Shown here: positions 26,887 through 35,867 of the stretch, one piece after another
Layout of the letters: every line of letters starts with the position of its first letter
Numbering within the stretch: position 1 is the first letter of the stretch
From: Candidatus Latescibacterota bacterium
GTDB lineage: Bacteria > Latescibacterota > UBA2968 > UBA8231
Reading direction: 5' to 3'
Assembly (NCBI GenBank): GCA_965200315.1
Contig: OZ241362.1
Span: forward strand, 4,416,001 to 4,480,000
Length of the DNA: 64,000 bases
Position numbers and translations under genes: made by a program
The notes under the pieces: model-generated
Told to the model about the DNA's origin: nothing
The model's input: only the letters and a program-made list of their open reading frames with translations
Database searches by the model: none

Positions 26887-28225
26887 GGCACTGGGTTTTT
26901 TCGCCTGCGCATTGCTTTGCGCTTGCGACGGCGACGGCGACCACTTAGCAGCAGCCAAGCGTCTAGCGACAGAAGGCAAATACACCGATGCCGTCGCCGC
27001 GTGCCACCAAGCACTCGCAGCCAATAGCCAGCACCTTGAAGCCCTCTTGCTCTTGGCTCGCCTCAATCTGGTTCAAGGCCATCTAGCGCCGGCGGCGCAA
27101 CTGGCCGAGCAGGCCGTTCAGCTAGCCCCCGACTACGCCGATGCCTATCTACTTTTGGGCGATATCTACATCCGGCAGCGGCGCAACGCCGATGCTGCAA
27201 TAATCTATCAAGAGGGTCTGCACACCGTCCCCGAGCGGGAGGATTTCTACCGCAAACTCGCCATAGCCTACGCCGACGACGGGCACTACAGTGAAGCCAT
27301 AGAGGCCCTCCAACAAGCCCTGCAACACTCCGACGACGCAGCCATTCACTACAATTTGGGCGTGGTCTATGAGCGGCAGGCGCACTACGACGAGGCTAGC
27401 CGCGCATTTGCCCGCACCACTGAGATAGACACCGCCTATGGCGACGCTTATTTTCGGCTGGGGCAAATCCAAGGCAAGCAGGGCCTATTCGAGGAGGCCG
27501 CGGCTAACTTCGCGCGCATGATCACCCTAGACCCAAACTACGCCCCGCCCTATACTGGGCTTGGCCAAGTCCGCATGCAGCAAGGTCGCTCAGACGAAGC
27601 CGAGCGCCTCTTTAAGCAAGCCATTGCCCTTGACCCCTTTGAAGGCGAAGCCTACCACCGACTCGGTACGCTCTTTTTGCGGCGGGGAGACCAAGAACGG
27701 GGCGAGAAGCTCTTGGCCATGTTCAAACGCATCCAACCCGTCAGCGCCGATATCGAGCGTTTCCGCTATATCCTCAACCTCTACCCCGACGACGCCAACG
27801 CGCACTACAACCTAGGAGTGCTCTACGGAGGGCTTGGTCGCTACGCCGAGGCCGGCGTCGAGTACGCTGCGGCATTGCGCATCAACGACCAAGATCTCAG
27901 TGCCCGCAACAACTTGGCCAATGTTCTCCTGCGGCAGCGACGCATCGACGAAGCGATCCACCACTACGAGATCGCGCTGGCGCTCAATCCGCGCTATGCC
28001 CAAGGCTTTAACAATCTGGGCTCGGCTTATCTGATGAACGGCGATTTGCAGCAAGCCATCCAAGCTTTTGCCAAGGCGCTCAAGCTAGCACCGGACAACG
28101 CCGATACGCACTTCAATCTTGCCCGTCTTTACAAAAGCCAAGGGCTGGATGCGCGGGCCGCCGCTGAGATGAAGATCTACAATCAGCTTGTACAGGCCGC
28201 TAAAAAAAAAGAACACAGTGAGTGA
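26867..28225 (+). CDS. Tetratricopeptide repeat lipoprotein
   Basis: Lipobox LCAC; many TPRs (HYNLGVVY, AYFRLG, ARNNLANV, FNNLGSAY). Confidence 0.92.
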   Translation: MTRLSYRALGFFACALLCACDGDGDHLAAAKRLATEGKYTDAVAACHQALAANSQHLEALLLLARLNLVQGHLAPAAQLAEQAVQLAPDYADAYLLLGDIYIRQRRNADAAIIYQEGLHTVPEREDFYRKLAIAYADDGHYSEAIEALQQALQHSDDAAIHYNLGVVYERQAHYDEASRAFARTTEIDTAYGDAYFRLGQIQGKQGLFEEAAANFARMITLDPNYAPPYTGLGQVRMQQGRSDEAERLFKQAIALDPFEGEAYHRLGTLFLRRGDQERGEKLLAMFKRIQPVSADIERFRYILNLYPDDANAHYNLGVLYGGLGRYAEAGVEYAAALRINDQDLSARNNLANVLLRQRRIDEAIHHYEIALALNPRYAQGFNNLGSAYLMNGDLQQAIQAFAKALKLAPDNADTHFNLARLYKSQGLDARAAAEMKIYNQLVQAAKKKEHSE

Positions 28226-29735
28226 AGACCAGCTAAACCACCAAAACCGCTTGCTGCTCTACGGCACCGTAACCATCTCCGGGGCGGCGGTGATGATGCT
28301 AGAGCTGTTGGGCACGCGCATCATTGGCCCCTTTTACGGGGTCAGCCTCTACGTGTGGTCGTCGCTCATATCCGTCGCTTTGATCGCCTTGGCACTGGGC
28401 TATTACCTCGGCGGCTTGGTCGCCGACAAACAGACGCGCTTCCGGCTTTCCTATGCCATAGCACTCGCCGGGCTGACGACGGCTGTGATTCCGCTCGTCA
28501 GCCGCCCGATCTTGCTGTGGACCAACGACCTGGGGCTGCGCGCTGGGGCTTTTACTAGTGCCCTGCTGCTCTTTGCCTTGCCGCTGACTTGCCTCGGGAT
28601 GGTGGGGCCACAGGTAATCGCACTGGCGGCACGGCGGCGGGCAGGCGTGGGCATGGCAGCCGGCTCGGTCTTTGCGGTCAGCACGGTCGGCAGCGTGGTG
28701 GGCACCTTGCTGCTGGGCTTTTTTCTGCTGCCGGCCTTTGGGTCGCGGGTGATTCTCTACGCAGTCAGCGCGGCCTTGATCCTGTTGGCAATCGTCGTCG
28801 CATGGTACGAGCGGCGATGGGGGCACTCAGCACTGGGGCTGGTCGTAGCCGCAGCGATCGCGACCGGCGCGGGACTGTGGCTACAGCCCGATCTGGGCCC
28901 GCCCGAATACGGAGATTATCGCCTAGTCCACCAAGCCGAAAGCCACTATGGCTGGGTGCGGGTCGTCGATGACCGCGACCGCCGGGTGCGGTGGATGCTG
29001 TCGGACGCTTCGGTCATCAGCGCAATCCGGCTCGACACGCGCGGGCCGGTGCTCAGCTACCAAAAAATCATCGCCGACCTGCCCCAATTACGCCCAGAGG
29101 GACGCAATGCGCTGCTGATCGGCCTCGGCGGAGGCTACATTGCCATGGCATTTGCAGCCCAAGGCATTGCCACCGACGCCCTAGAGCTAGACCCAGAGGT
29201 GGCAAAAGCCGCGCAGCAATACTTTCTCTACGAACCATCGGGTGCGCTGCGAGTCGGCGATGCCCGCTACGAAATCCGCCGCCTCGATCAGCAATACGAC
29301 TTCATCGTCCACGACTGTTTCACCGGCGGGTCCGTACCCAGCCACCTGCTGAGCGTCGAAATGCTCGGCGATCTCGACCGGCTCCTCAAAGGCGACGGCC
29401 TCTTGGCCGTGAACTTCGTCGGCTTTACCGAGGGACCCGAAGCCGATGCCGCGGCGGCCGTGTACCGAACACTCGGAGAGCTCTATCCGCACCGGTTGGC
29501 CCTCGTCACAATACCGGGCGCGGAGTTTAACGATTTTGTCTTTTTGGCTTCGCGGCAGCCGATTTCCCTAGCGGATGAAGCCAAGTGGCTCGCGGCACAC
29601 CAACATCCCATGCCCGCCGAGGGCGACCTCATCACCGACGACTTCAACCCACTCGAACGACTACAAGTGGCCAAGGCCGAGCGCTATCGCGCCCTTTTGC
29701 TGGAGCGCATGGGGCCGATGCTGCTGGCCTTCTGA
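28218..29735 (+). CDS. Fused membrane domain / spermidine synthase-like SAM-binding protein
   Basis: N-terminal TM bundle (MMLELLGTRIIGPFYGVSLYVW); ALLIGLGGG, ELDPEV, VGDAR, TDDFNPLE. Confidence 0.88.
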   Translation: MSEDQLNHQNRLLLYGTVTISGAAVMMLELLGTRIIGPFYGVSLYVWSSLISVALIALALGYYLGGLVADKQTRFRLSYAIALAGLTTAVIPLVSRPILLWTNDLGLRAGAFTSALLLFALPLTCLGMVGPQVIALAARRRAGVGMAAGSVFAVSTVGSVVGTLLLGFFLLPAFGSRVILYAVSAALILLAIVVAWYERRWGHSALGLVVAAAIATGAGLWLQPDLGPPEYGDYRLVHQAESHYGWVRVVDDRDRRVRWMLSDASVISAIRLDTRGPVLSYQKIIADLPQLRPEGRNALLIGLGGGYIAMAFAAQGIATDALELDPEVAKAAQQYFLYEPSGALRVGDARYEIRRLDQQYDFIVHDCFTGGSVPSHLLSVEMLGDLDRLLKGDGLLAVNFVGFTEGPEADAAAAVYRTLGELYPHRLALVTIPGAEFNDFVFLASRQPISLADEAKWLAAHQHPMPAEGDLITDDFNPLERLQVAKAERYRALLLERMGPMLLAF

Positions 29736-29751
29736 CAAAAGGAGCGTTGCC

Positions 29752-30270
29752 ATGCTAAAAATTCTCAAGGTTCCCGTAGAGCCATTGACCCCCTCGGCCT
29801 TTGCTCCTTTCGGGCAAATCATCTCCACCTTTGACGAGGCCAAACCCGAGGTCGTGGTGGGCGCACTCGTCGAACGCGCATACCCCGTACGGGCCGAAGT
29901 CAAAGACCCCACATCCGATCAGCTCGACCTATCCGAGGGCCGGCTGCGGGCGCACTTTGCCTTTCACGACGACGCCGGGCAGTCCTTCTATCCGAGTCGG
30001 CACTGCCCGACCGTCTTTTTCGTGGCCCCGATTCAGCCCATGATCGAGCCGGAAGATCTGCGCGCCTTTTACTCCGATGGCAGCACCGGCATCTGCATGC
30101 ACCTAAAGGTGTGGCACACCATGCCCGTGTGCCTGCGCGGCGAGGAGGTGTACCTAACCGTGCGCGGCAACCAGAACTATCACGACCACTCGGTCGACGT
30201 CCACTTCGACCAAGATCGCGGCTTGGCCCTGCTGCCCGACATGAGCAGCGTCCCCAACTGGCAGGAGTAG
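29752..30270 (+). CDS. Ureidoglycolate lyase-like cupin (copy 1)
   Basis: VEPLTPSAFAPFGQII, LRAFYSDG, VWHTMP; AAGGAG RBS. Confidence 0.7.
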   Translation: MLKILKVPVEPLTPSAFAPFGQIISTFDEAKPEVVVGALVERAYPVRAEVKDPTSDQLDLSEGRLRAHFAFHDDAGQSFYPSRHCPTVFFVAPIQPMIEPEDLRAFYSDGSTGICMHLKVWHTMPVCLRGEEVYLTVRGNQNYHDHSVDVHFDQDRGLALLPDMSSVPNWQE

Positions 30271-30273
30271 CCA

Positions 30274-31518
30274 ATGGACAAGGTGCGCCTAGCCCTCGTC
30301 GGCTGCGGCGGCATGGGCACCCGCCATCTGCACGGCCTCAAGCAGCTAGCCGACTCTCCCTTCGACGCAGTCGAACTAAGCGCGGTCTGCGACATCAGCG
30401 CGGAAAACGCCGAGATGGCCGCTGTCGAAGCCGAGAAGCTCCTCGGGATCCGCCCCAAGGTCTGTACCAACATGGAGGCGATGGTCCAGCAGGTGCCGGA
30501 CCTGGAGGCTGTGGATGTGGTGACCGATCCCTCGGTGCATCACACCGTCGTCTGCGAGGCCCTCGACTTGGGTTTGCACGTGCTAGTTGAAAAGCCGCTG
30601 GCCATCACCGTGCGAGCCTGTCAGCGAATCCTCGACGCAGCCGCGCGCAACGAGCGCATTGTCTCCGTAGCTGAAAATTTCCGCCGCGACCCGTCGGCCC
30701 GCATCGTGCGCCACCTGCTCGACACCGGTGCCATCGGCACGCCCTATATGGGATTGTATCACTCGCTCGGCGCGGGCAATTCCATTTTTATCACCCCTTG
30801 GCGGCACCGCCGGGAGTTGGGCGGCTTTATCCTCGACATGGCCGTCCACTTCACCCACATGATCCGCTACCAATTGGGGGATTTTGCCGAAGTCTATGCC
30901 GATGCGCGGATGATAGAGCCGGAGCGGCAAAAATCGTCAACCATGTCCATGGACTACGAGTTCTACAAAAGGCGCTTCGCTGCCATGCCCGAGCGCATAC
31001 CCGCCGCGGCCGAGGACACGACCCAAGCGATCTTCAAAATGGAGAGCGGCGCAACCCTAAACTGGATCGTCGGGATAGCCGGCCACGCGGGCGCGCACCG
31101 CGAGCTAATCATGGGCACCGACGGCAGCATTGACGGCTTTGGCGTACGCGGAGGACGCATAACGCTTGCGCGGCGCGATGCCGAGGCCCTGAGCCAAGAG
31201 GACATCCTCGCGTCTGCCGAGGGCGCGGGATTGGCATTCGACCCGCTGACTCGCTACCTCTTTCCGAGCGGCGTCTCGGGCGGCGATCCGCTCGTCGATC
31301 TGAAGCTAATCGCGTATGAGTTGCACGAAATGGCGGAAGCCGTTCGCGGCCAGCGCACCGTCGAAGTGGATGGCCGCTGCGGCTTGAAGGACGTGGCCGC
31401 GCTCTACGCGGTATTTGAGTCGTGGTGCGCCGGTGGCCCGGTTTCGCTCAGCGCGGTCGAATCCTGCCAATCGTACGCCTATCAAGCGGAGATAGACGCC
31501 GCCTTGGGCATCGACTAA
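30274..31518 (+). CDS. Gfo/Idh/MocA family oxidoreductase
   Basis: LVGCGGMG, HVLVEKPLA, ENFRRDP, DMAVH. Confidence 0.93.
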   Translation: MDKVRLALVGCGGMGTRHLHGLKQLADSPFDAVELSAVCDISAENAEMAAVEAEKLLGIRPKVCTNMEAMVQQVPDLEAVDVVTDPSVHHTVVCEALDLGLHVLVEKPLAITVRACQRILDAAARNERIVSVAENFRRDPSARIVRHLLDTGAIGTPYMGLYHSLGAGNSIFITPWRHRRELGGFILDMAVHFTHMIRYQLGDFAEVYADARMIEPERQKSSTMSMDYEFYKRRFAAMPERIPAAAEDTTQAIFKMESGATLNWIVGIAGHAGAHRELIMGTDGSIDGFGVRGGRITLARRDAEALSQEDILASAEGAGLAFDPLTRYLFPSGVSGGDPLVDLKLIAYELHEMAEAVRGQRTVEVDGRCGLKDVAALYAVFESWCAGGPVSLSAVESCQSYAYQAEIDAALGID

Positions 31519-31542
31519 TCACGCCAATGAAAGGAGATTGCC

Positions 31543-32085
31543 ATGTGGAACCTCGTCAAAATCCCAGTCGAACCGCTCGTACCCGAGACGTTTGCCCCCT
31601 TCGGCCACGTAATTCGCACCTTTGAGGAGCGCAAGCCGGACAAGGTCAAAGGCGGTTATGCCACCAATGCATACCCGGTCCTCGCCACGCCCGGCCCTGA
31701 GCCCAAAGATGACCCCGGCTGGTACGCGCCCCATCCCCAGCGCGTACCTATCTCCGAAGGGTTGGAGCGCGCCCATTTTGCCTTTCACACGGACGCTGGC
31801 CAGTCGTTTTACCCCAGCTTGCACTCGCCGAGCGTGTTTCTCGTCGGAGCGATCCAAGACGACATTCAAGCCGAGGAACTGCGCGCTTTTTACTCGGCGG
31901 GCGACGTGGGCGTCTGCTTGCACCTCGGGGTGTGGCACACCATGCCCATCTGCGTCGAGGGCCACGACGTGTATCAGACCACGCGCGGCGACCAAGACTA
32001 CCAAGCGCACTCCGTGGAAATCGATTTCGACCTAGAGCGCGGGCAGTCCATCGTGCCGGATATGGACAATTTCAAGGGGATTTGA
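31543..32085 (+). CDS. Ureidoglycolate lyase-like cupin (copy 2)
   Basis: VEPLVPETFAPFGHVI, LRAFYS, GVWHTMP; clear paralogue of 29752-30270. Confidence 0.7.
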   Translation: MWNLVKIPVEPLVPETFAPFGHVIRTFEERKPDKVKGGYATNAYPVLATPGPEPKDDPGWYAPHPQRVPISEGLERAHFAFHTDAGQSFYPSLHSPSVFLVGAIQDDIQAEELRAFYSAGDVGVCLHLGVWHTMPICVEGHDVYQTTRGDQDYQAHSVEIDFDLERGQSIVPDMDNFKGI

Positions 32086-32765
32086 GCAAATGCGACGGGT
32101 TGGTAAAGCCCCTATTTAGCGTACATTATGGCATGAATGCGCAAAAAGGAGCGCGACGATGGAAATGGTACTACGCATGGAAGACGTCGTCGATATGGAT
32201 GACGAGCATTTCTATGCCCTCTGCCAGAACAATCCAGACATGCGCCTAGAGCGCAACGCCGACGGAGATGTAGTTATCATGCCGCCCACCGGAGGAGATA
32301 CCAGTCGGCGCAACGCCGAGATTATTGTGCAATTGGGGGTATGGGCGAGGCGAGATGGGAGCGGGGTTTTATTCGACTCTTCCGGCGGCTTCCGCCTGCC
32401 CAACGGCACGGTGCGCTCGCTCGATGCGGCTTGGGTGGAGATGGGACGCTTGGAAGGCTTGAGTGCTGAGGAGCGCCGACATTTTTTGCCGCTATGTCCC
32501 GACTTTGTCGTCGAGCTGCGCTCGGAGAGCGACTCCCTCTATGCAGTGCAGGATAAGATGCGCGAGTACGCGGCGTGTGGAGCGCGATTGGGCTGGTTGA
32601 TTGACCCGTCGGAACAGCGGGTGGAAGTGTATCGCCACGGACAGCCTGTGGAAGCGTTGATCGGCATGAGCGCTGTTTCTGGCGAGCCGGTGCTGCCGAA
32701 GTTTGCGTTGGAACTGGACCATATATGGGCCGAATGAGGAGCTTAAGCAAATGCGACGAGTTGGT
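32085..32765 (+). repeat. 20-bp direct repeat (19/20) flanking a Uma2 gene
   Basis: agcaaatgcgacgggttggt (32085-32104) and agcaaatgcgacgagttggt (32746-32765). Confidence 0.85.
32159..32737 (+). CDS. Uma2 family endonuclease (DUF820)
   Basis: LERNADGDVVIMPPTGG, FDSSGGFRLPNG, LCPDFVVELRS, GARLGWLIDP. Confidence 0.95.
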   Translation: MEMVLRMEDVVDMDDEHFYALCQNNPDMRLERNADGDVVIMPPTGGDTSRRNAEIIVQLGVWARRDGSGVLFDSSGGFRLPNGTVRSLDAAWVEMGRLEGLSAEERRHFLPLCPDFVVELRSESDSLYAVQDKMREYAACGARLGWLIDPSEQRVEVYRHGQPVEALIGMSAVSGEPVLPKFALELDHIWAE

Positions 32766-33083
32766 TTTCAGATGCAGGTCAAAAAGGATCGAATCGCCGA
32801 GTACAAGGAAGAGCATCGCCAAGTGTGGCCCGAAGTCTGCGCGGCCCTCACGCGCCACGGCTGGCATCGCTACTCGCTCTTTATGAACGCAGACGGCCTC
32901 GTCTTCGGCTATTTTGAGACCGAGACGGATTTTGCCACGGCCCGCGACGGCTTTCTCGCCGAAGAGGCCACGCAGCGCTGGGGGGAAGCCAACGAGGGAT
33001 TAGTCGAAATACCGGAGGGCGGCCCCAAAGACGCGCTAATCGAACCGCAGCCGATCTCGTGGGAGCAGCCGGCGGTGGCATAG
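32751..33083 (+). CDS. rhaM: L-rhamnose mutarotase family protein; C-terminus apparently replaced
   Basis: MRRVGFQMQVK..EYKEEHRQVWPE..YSLF..LVFGYFE; expected terminal LxEVFHL strand missing after ...ALIE. Confidence 0.7.
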   Translation: MRRVGFQMQVKKDRIAEYKEEHRQVWPEVCAALTRHGWHRYSLFMNADGLVFGYFETETDFATARDGFLAEEATQRWGEANEGLVEIPEGGPKDALIEPQPISWEQPAVA

Positions 33084-33107
33084 CCGCAATCGCCGCGATG
33101 AACGCTT

Positions 33108-33515
33108 TTGGAGTCCCGGCCGCAGCCGGCCGCGTTTGACCTGATTATCTCGCGCAGTTCCAATACGTTCGCCGCGCTCTCGTCTGGGGCATTTGCCCTC
33201 GCCGAAAATTACCTATTCACCACCGAGGCCCTCGCCGATTTCTATCGCGCCCTGAGCACAGACGGCATCTTGCTAGTTGAGCACCAAGTGTACATACCGC
33301 GTCTGACCAGTGCCGCTTTAGAGTCGCTGCAAGAACTGGGGCTAGCCGCGGAAAGCCACCTCGCGGTGTACGACCTGCCCACGCAGCGACGGCAGGTCTT
33401 GGTTTTGGGACGGCATCCGCTGACGCGCACCTTAGTCGATACGACCTTGCCGGCCCTGTTTACCGCAGCCGACCCGGCGAGCCGCACCCTCCACCCAAAC
33501 CCCGCAGCCGAGTAG
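33108..33515 (+). pseudogene. Internal fragment of a spermidine synthase-like membrane methyltransferase
   Basis: FDLII..SNTFAALSSGAFALAENYLFTTEALADFYRALSTDGIL; lacks N-terminal membrane domain and a clear start. Confidence 0.7.
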
Positions 33516-33580
33516 TATGGAGCGATCGCAAACGCTGCCGCCGTAGGCAAGTCCTCAACCAACGAATAGGAAAATTGCAA

Positions 33581-34966
33581 ATGGCAGATTGTGTTCTCCA
33601 AACCTTGGTGCCAGACATCGAACGCTTGGCAGCAACCAAGGTCGCCAAGTATAGACTGCCTGGCTTGGCACTCGGCATTGTCCGCGATCGAGAACTCGCT
33701 TGGTTCGGCGGGTTCGGTGCAGCGGACCTCGATTCGGGCAAAAAACCTACTGAAAGCACAATTGCCCGCATCGCCTCCGTGACCAAGACGTTCACGACAA
33801 CTGCGATTATGCAGCTACGGGATGCAGGATAACTCAAGTTGGAAGCTCTACTGGTCCAGCACATTCCCGAATTTGCTTCAGCTCGCGCTATCCGCGGCGA
33901 TGTTGAAGGCGTGACGCTCCGACGATTGTTGACACACCGCTCTGGATTGGTCACCGAGTCGCCGACGCACGGTTGGAATGATCTCCACTTCCCAAGCCGC
34001 GAGAAGATGCTTGGCAAACTGCCGGAGACGGGGATTGTCATCCCGCCGGACTCCGCTTTCAAATACTCAAACCTTGCATTTGGATTGCTCGGCGAGGTGG
34101 TGTACCGGGTCACCGGCGCTCCATACATTGAATACGTCTACGCCAATATCATTGAGCCGCTCGGCCTAACATCCACGGTCTTCGACCTCACGGACGCATT
34201 GCGTCCTCACTTCTTTGTCGGTTATAACCCAGCGCCCTACCAAGACCGCCCTGAACGCGCTCCTTACGCCCATCTGAACGGGATTTCAGCGGCGGGTCAA
34301 CTGCATTCCACCGTTGGCGACTTGGCAAAGTGGGTATCGTTCCAATTCCAAACCGACGGCGGAGACCGCCGCGGGGCACAGGTACTCAAGGGATCAACAC
34401 TGGTGGAAATTCAACAACCGCAATACGCCGAGCCGGACTGGTCGGCCGGGCAATGTCTAGGCTGGCGAGCAACCCGCATCGGCGACCATATCTATCACAA
34501 TCACGGTGGCGGAATTCACGGCTTTGGAACGCAGGTATGGTTCAACGTTCCGCGAAAAACCGGCGTGGTTGTTCTCAGCAACATGTGGCCCCCGCCCGGG
34601 GGTCTTGAAATTGCACAGGAAGTACTTGAAATGATACTGAATGCCGACGAAGCGGTGCCGCTTGTACCAGAGCAACGAGTGCTTGAACCAACGCCAGAGG
34701 CATTGCGGCGTTTTGTCGGTTATTATCGCGCCGAGCCGGGCATTGAGGTGGACATTGAGGTGCGCGACGGCAGTCTGCGGCTTGCGGCTCACGGTGGGTC
34801 TGCGTATTCCCTACATGCCCCGGCAGTCCTCGAACCGACAGACAAGGAGGAGGAATGGCTTGTTCGCGAAGGTCGTGCCGCCGGAGAAATCGCCCGCTTT
34901 ACGTTTGACGACGATCGCGTACTTAGCTACGAGTTGGGAGCTTTTGTGTTCAAAAAGTTGGTGTGA
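33581..34966 (+). pseudogene. Serine hydrolase (class C beta-lactamase fold) with one in-frame TAA
   Basis: SxxK (ASVTK), LLTHRSG, YSN, HGGG all in one frame; DAG*LKL at 33830-33832. Confidence 0.85.
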
Positions 34967-35016
34967 CGAGGCGGCCCCTGCACCTGATTTACCCCTCCCA
35001 CAGTCCGCGCAGTTCC

Positions 35017-35799
35017 TCAGACGTCTCGTCCAGCCCGATGTCCCGGAACTGGCGCAGGCCAACCGGGCGGGGGGAAGCCAATTTCTGTGAGGATCGCCTT
35101 CAGTCTTTCCGGATAGTTTGTCAAAATTCCATTGACGCCGATCTCGATGTAAGCTCGCATATCTTCAGGGGTATCCGCATAGAAGACATGCACAACTCGT
35201 CCTGCCGCATGGGCCTTTTGGACAAACTCCCGAGTCGTGATGTCCCGTCCCGGCTGCATCGTCCGCAGCCCCATCTCTACCGATTTTCGGATATATTCCT
35301 CTGGTGTGCGATTTGCGCGAAAGATCCGGCACTCAATCCGCGAGTCAATTTCGGCAAAAATTCCAACACTTTCATCGCGGCATGCCAAAATAGAAGCCTC
35401 TACCATCTGAAACTCGCGCAATGCCTGTGCAACCTTGCGCTCATAGTGACCGTCGGGATTGCCCCCCTCTTTGAGGTGGACATTGAGTCTAACCTGCCCT
35501 TGTACGAGGTCTAATGCTTCCTCCCATGTTGGCACGCGCTCACCCCGAAACTGTTCACCAGACACGCTTCCGGCGTCGAGGGCTTTGATTTCAGCTAGTG
35601 TGAGTTCGGCAATCGCGCCCGTGCCATCTGTCGTTCGGTCTACGGTTGAGTCGTGCATGACAATTAGATGGTCATCCTTTGTCATGTGGAGATCTAGCTC
35701 AATCTCATCAACGCCAATTTTCAACGCCTTCTGAAAGGCGATCAACGTATTTTCGGGATAGTTTCCCGACGCACCCCGATGAGCAACATTAGCAACCAT
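35017..35799 (-). CDS. Glycerophosphodiester phosphodiesterase family protein
   Basis: AHRGAS..YPENTL, IELDLH, MHDSTVDRTT, GILTNYPE. Confidence 0.93.
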   Translation of the reverse strand: MVANVAHRGASGNYPENTLIAFQKALKIGVDEIELDLHMTKDDHLIVMHDSTVDRTTDGTGAIAELTLAEIKALDAGSVSGEQFRGERVPTWEEALDLVQGQVRLNVHLKEGGNPDGHYERKVAQALREFQMVEASILACRDESVGIFAEIDSRIECRIFRANRTPEEYIRKSVEMGLRTMQPGRDITTREFVQKAHAAGRVVHVFYADTPEDMRAYIEIGVNGILTNYPERLKAILTEIGFPPPGWPAPVPGHRAGRDV

Positions 35800-35851
35800 T
35801 TTTTATCCCTCCTTGATGAGCAACATTAGCAACCATTTTTTATTCCTCTTT
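35778..35851 (-). repeat. 37-bp tandem duplication of the RBS plus first 7 codons of the phosphodiesterase gene
   Basis: gatgagcaacattagcaaccattttttat(c/t)cctc(c/t)tt at 35778 and 35815, 35/37 identical. Confidence 0.92.
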
Positions 35852-35867
35852 GAATGGCCTCTCTCCC

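Noticed and set aside
28202-28210. A9 tract as a phase-variation switch
   Set aside because: Lies in the last codons of the TPR gene, so slippage would change only a few residues
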